In this document: one piece after another, positions 63,143-64,000 of the stretch | Layout of the letters: each line of letters begins with the position of its first letter | Numbering within the stretch: position 1 is the stretch's first letter | Source of the DNA: Octopus sinensis | Taxonomy: Eukaryota | Length of the DNA: 64,000 nucleotides | NCBI RefSeq assembly: GCF_006345805.1 | Contig: NC_043000.1 | Location: forward strand, 132,246,001-132,310,000 | Direction of reading: 5' to 3' | Notes under the pieces: model-generated | Told to the model about the DNA's origin: nothing | The model's input: the letters and a program-made list of their open reading frames with translations, nothing else | The model's database searches: none | Translations under genes and position numbers: made by a program

Positions 63143-64000
63143 GGTATTTCTGTTTATTTAGAAACCTACAATGAACAGGTCATGTCACAGACGCTAAACA
63201 ATAAATTTCACAGGATACAAGTTTAAAGTCGACACCACTCCGCTAAACGCAGAAAATTTCTGTCTCGCTATTGGCTAAAAATAGAGTGCTTTTCCGATTT
63301 TTAAACCTCTGTAATTTTTCCCTCCATTTTTTTCCCTTCCACAATATCATACCTTCATAGCAATGAGACTGGAAGACTACATTATTATAACCGATTTTCA
63401 GATTTTTCTTACTTCCTTTTAAAAAAATGCATATTTTGCGAATGAAAAAGCTAGATCCATAAAATGCGAAGTTGACTTTGGCGGGATTTGAACTCAGAGC
63501 GCAGACAGCCGGAAAGAACACAGTAAGGCAATGTATCTGAAACTTTAAAAACACGGTCAATACTGGAATTTCCCATTAAGCAATATGTCACCTACTTTGA
63601 GCAACAAGGAAGTTGGCCTAAGGTTAAAAGCGAAACCATGGAAAGCTGTATGGTGGATATGAAACTGCGGCAAAAGATTCATCTGCTAACGAGTTGCGAC
63701 ACTCACATCATGTTGGTCAGAGGGACCAAATCCCCGAAGTACGTTACAAATGACGTCAACAGACAGAGCGACCGTGGGCCGACCATGGATGCAATTAGGC
63801 AATGAAAGATCAATGTCTGTAAGCTCGATCAAATGATTCATTCATCGACTTTGGCGAATCTGACAGGTTAAGTCAACCCCAGCTGAATTCGAAACTCGGA
63901 ACGAGAAATAGCATGTAATAAATTATCACGTGGCATTGTGATATTTCTGCTATCACTACAAGATTCTTAGATGTCTTTGTTAGAAACCACTTTGTTGAAA

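Overview
AT-rich, repeat-dense animal genomic DNA. The SINE families and microsatellite load fit an octopus genome (inference from recalled repeat consensus, no search run). One protein-coding gene is well supported: AIMP2 (p38/JTV-1, scaffold of the multi-aminoacyl-tRNA-synthetase complex), + strand, four coding exons at 9300-9452, 29579-29722, 31408-31651 and 33382-33782, 313 aa. Its 20-kb first intron holds two notable things. (1) A 552-nt open exon (21553-22104) that could splice in frame onto exon 2 and encodes an MGNTASK myristoylation motif, a Cys, a polybasic patch and an LIR-like EDYVLV, i.e. a candidate membrane/autophagy-targeted AIMP2 isoform. (2) A perfect 131-bp palindrome whose right arm folds into a type I hammerhead ribozyme on the sense strand. 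The rest is mobile DNA: R4/Dong-type, RTE and Penelope-like retrotransposon fragments, four SINE-like families (one inserting repeatedly into its own older copies), TTAA-flanked piggyBac-type MITEs, long-TIR foldback elements and microsatellites. CpG decay is strong at about 1-7 kb and 10-36.5 kb and weak elsewhere, which looks like a gene-body methylation footprint. Repeat boundaries are by eye and approximate unless a TSD or TIR is quoted.
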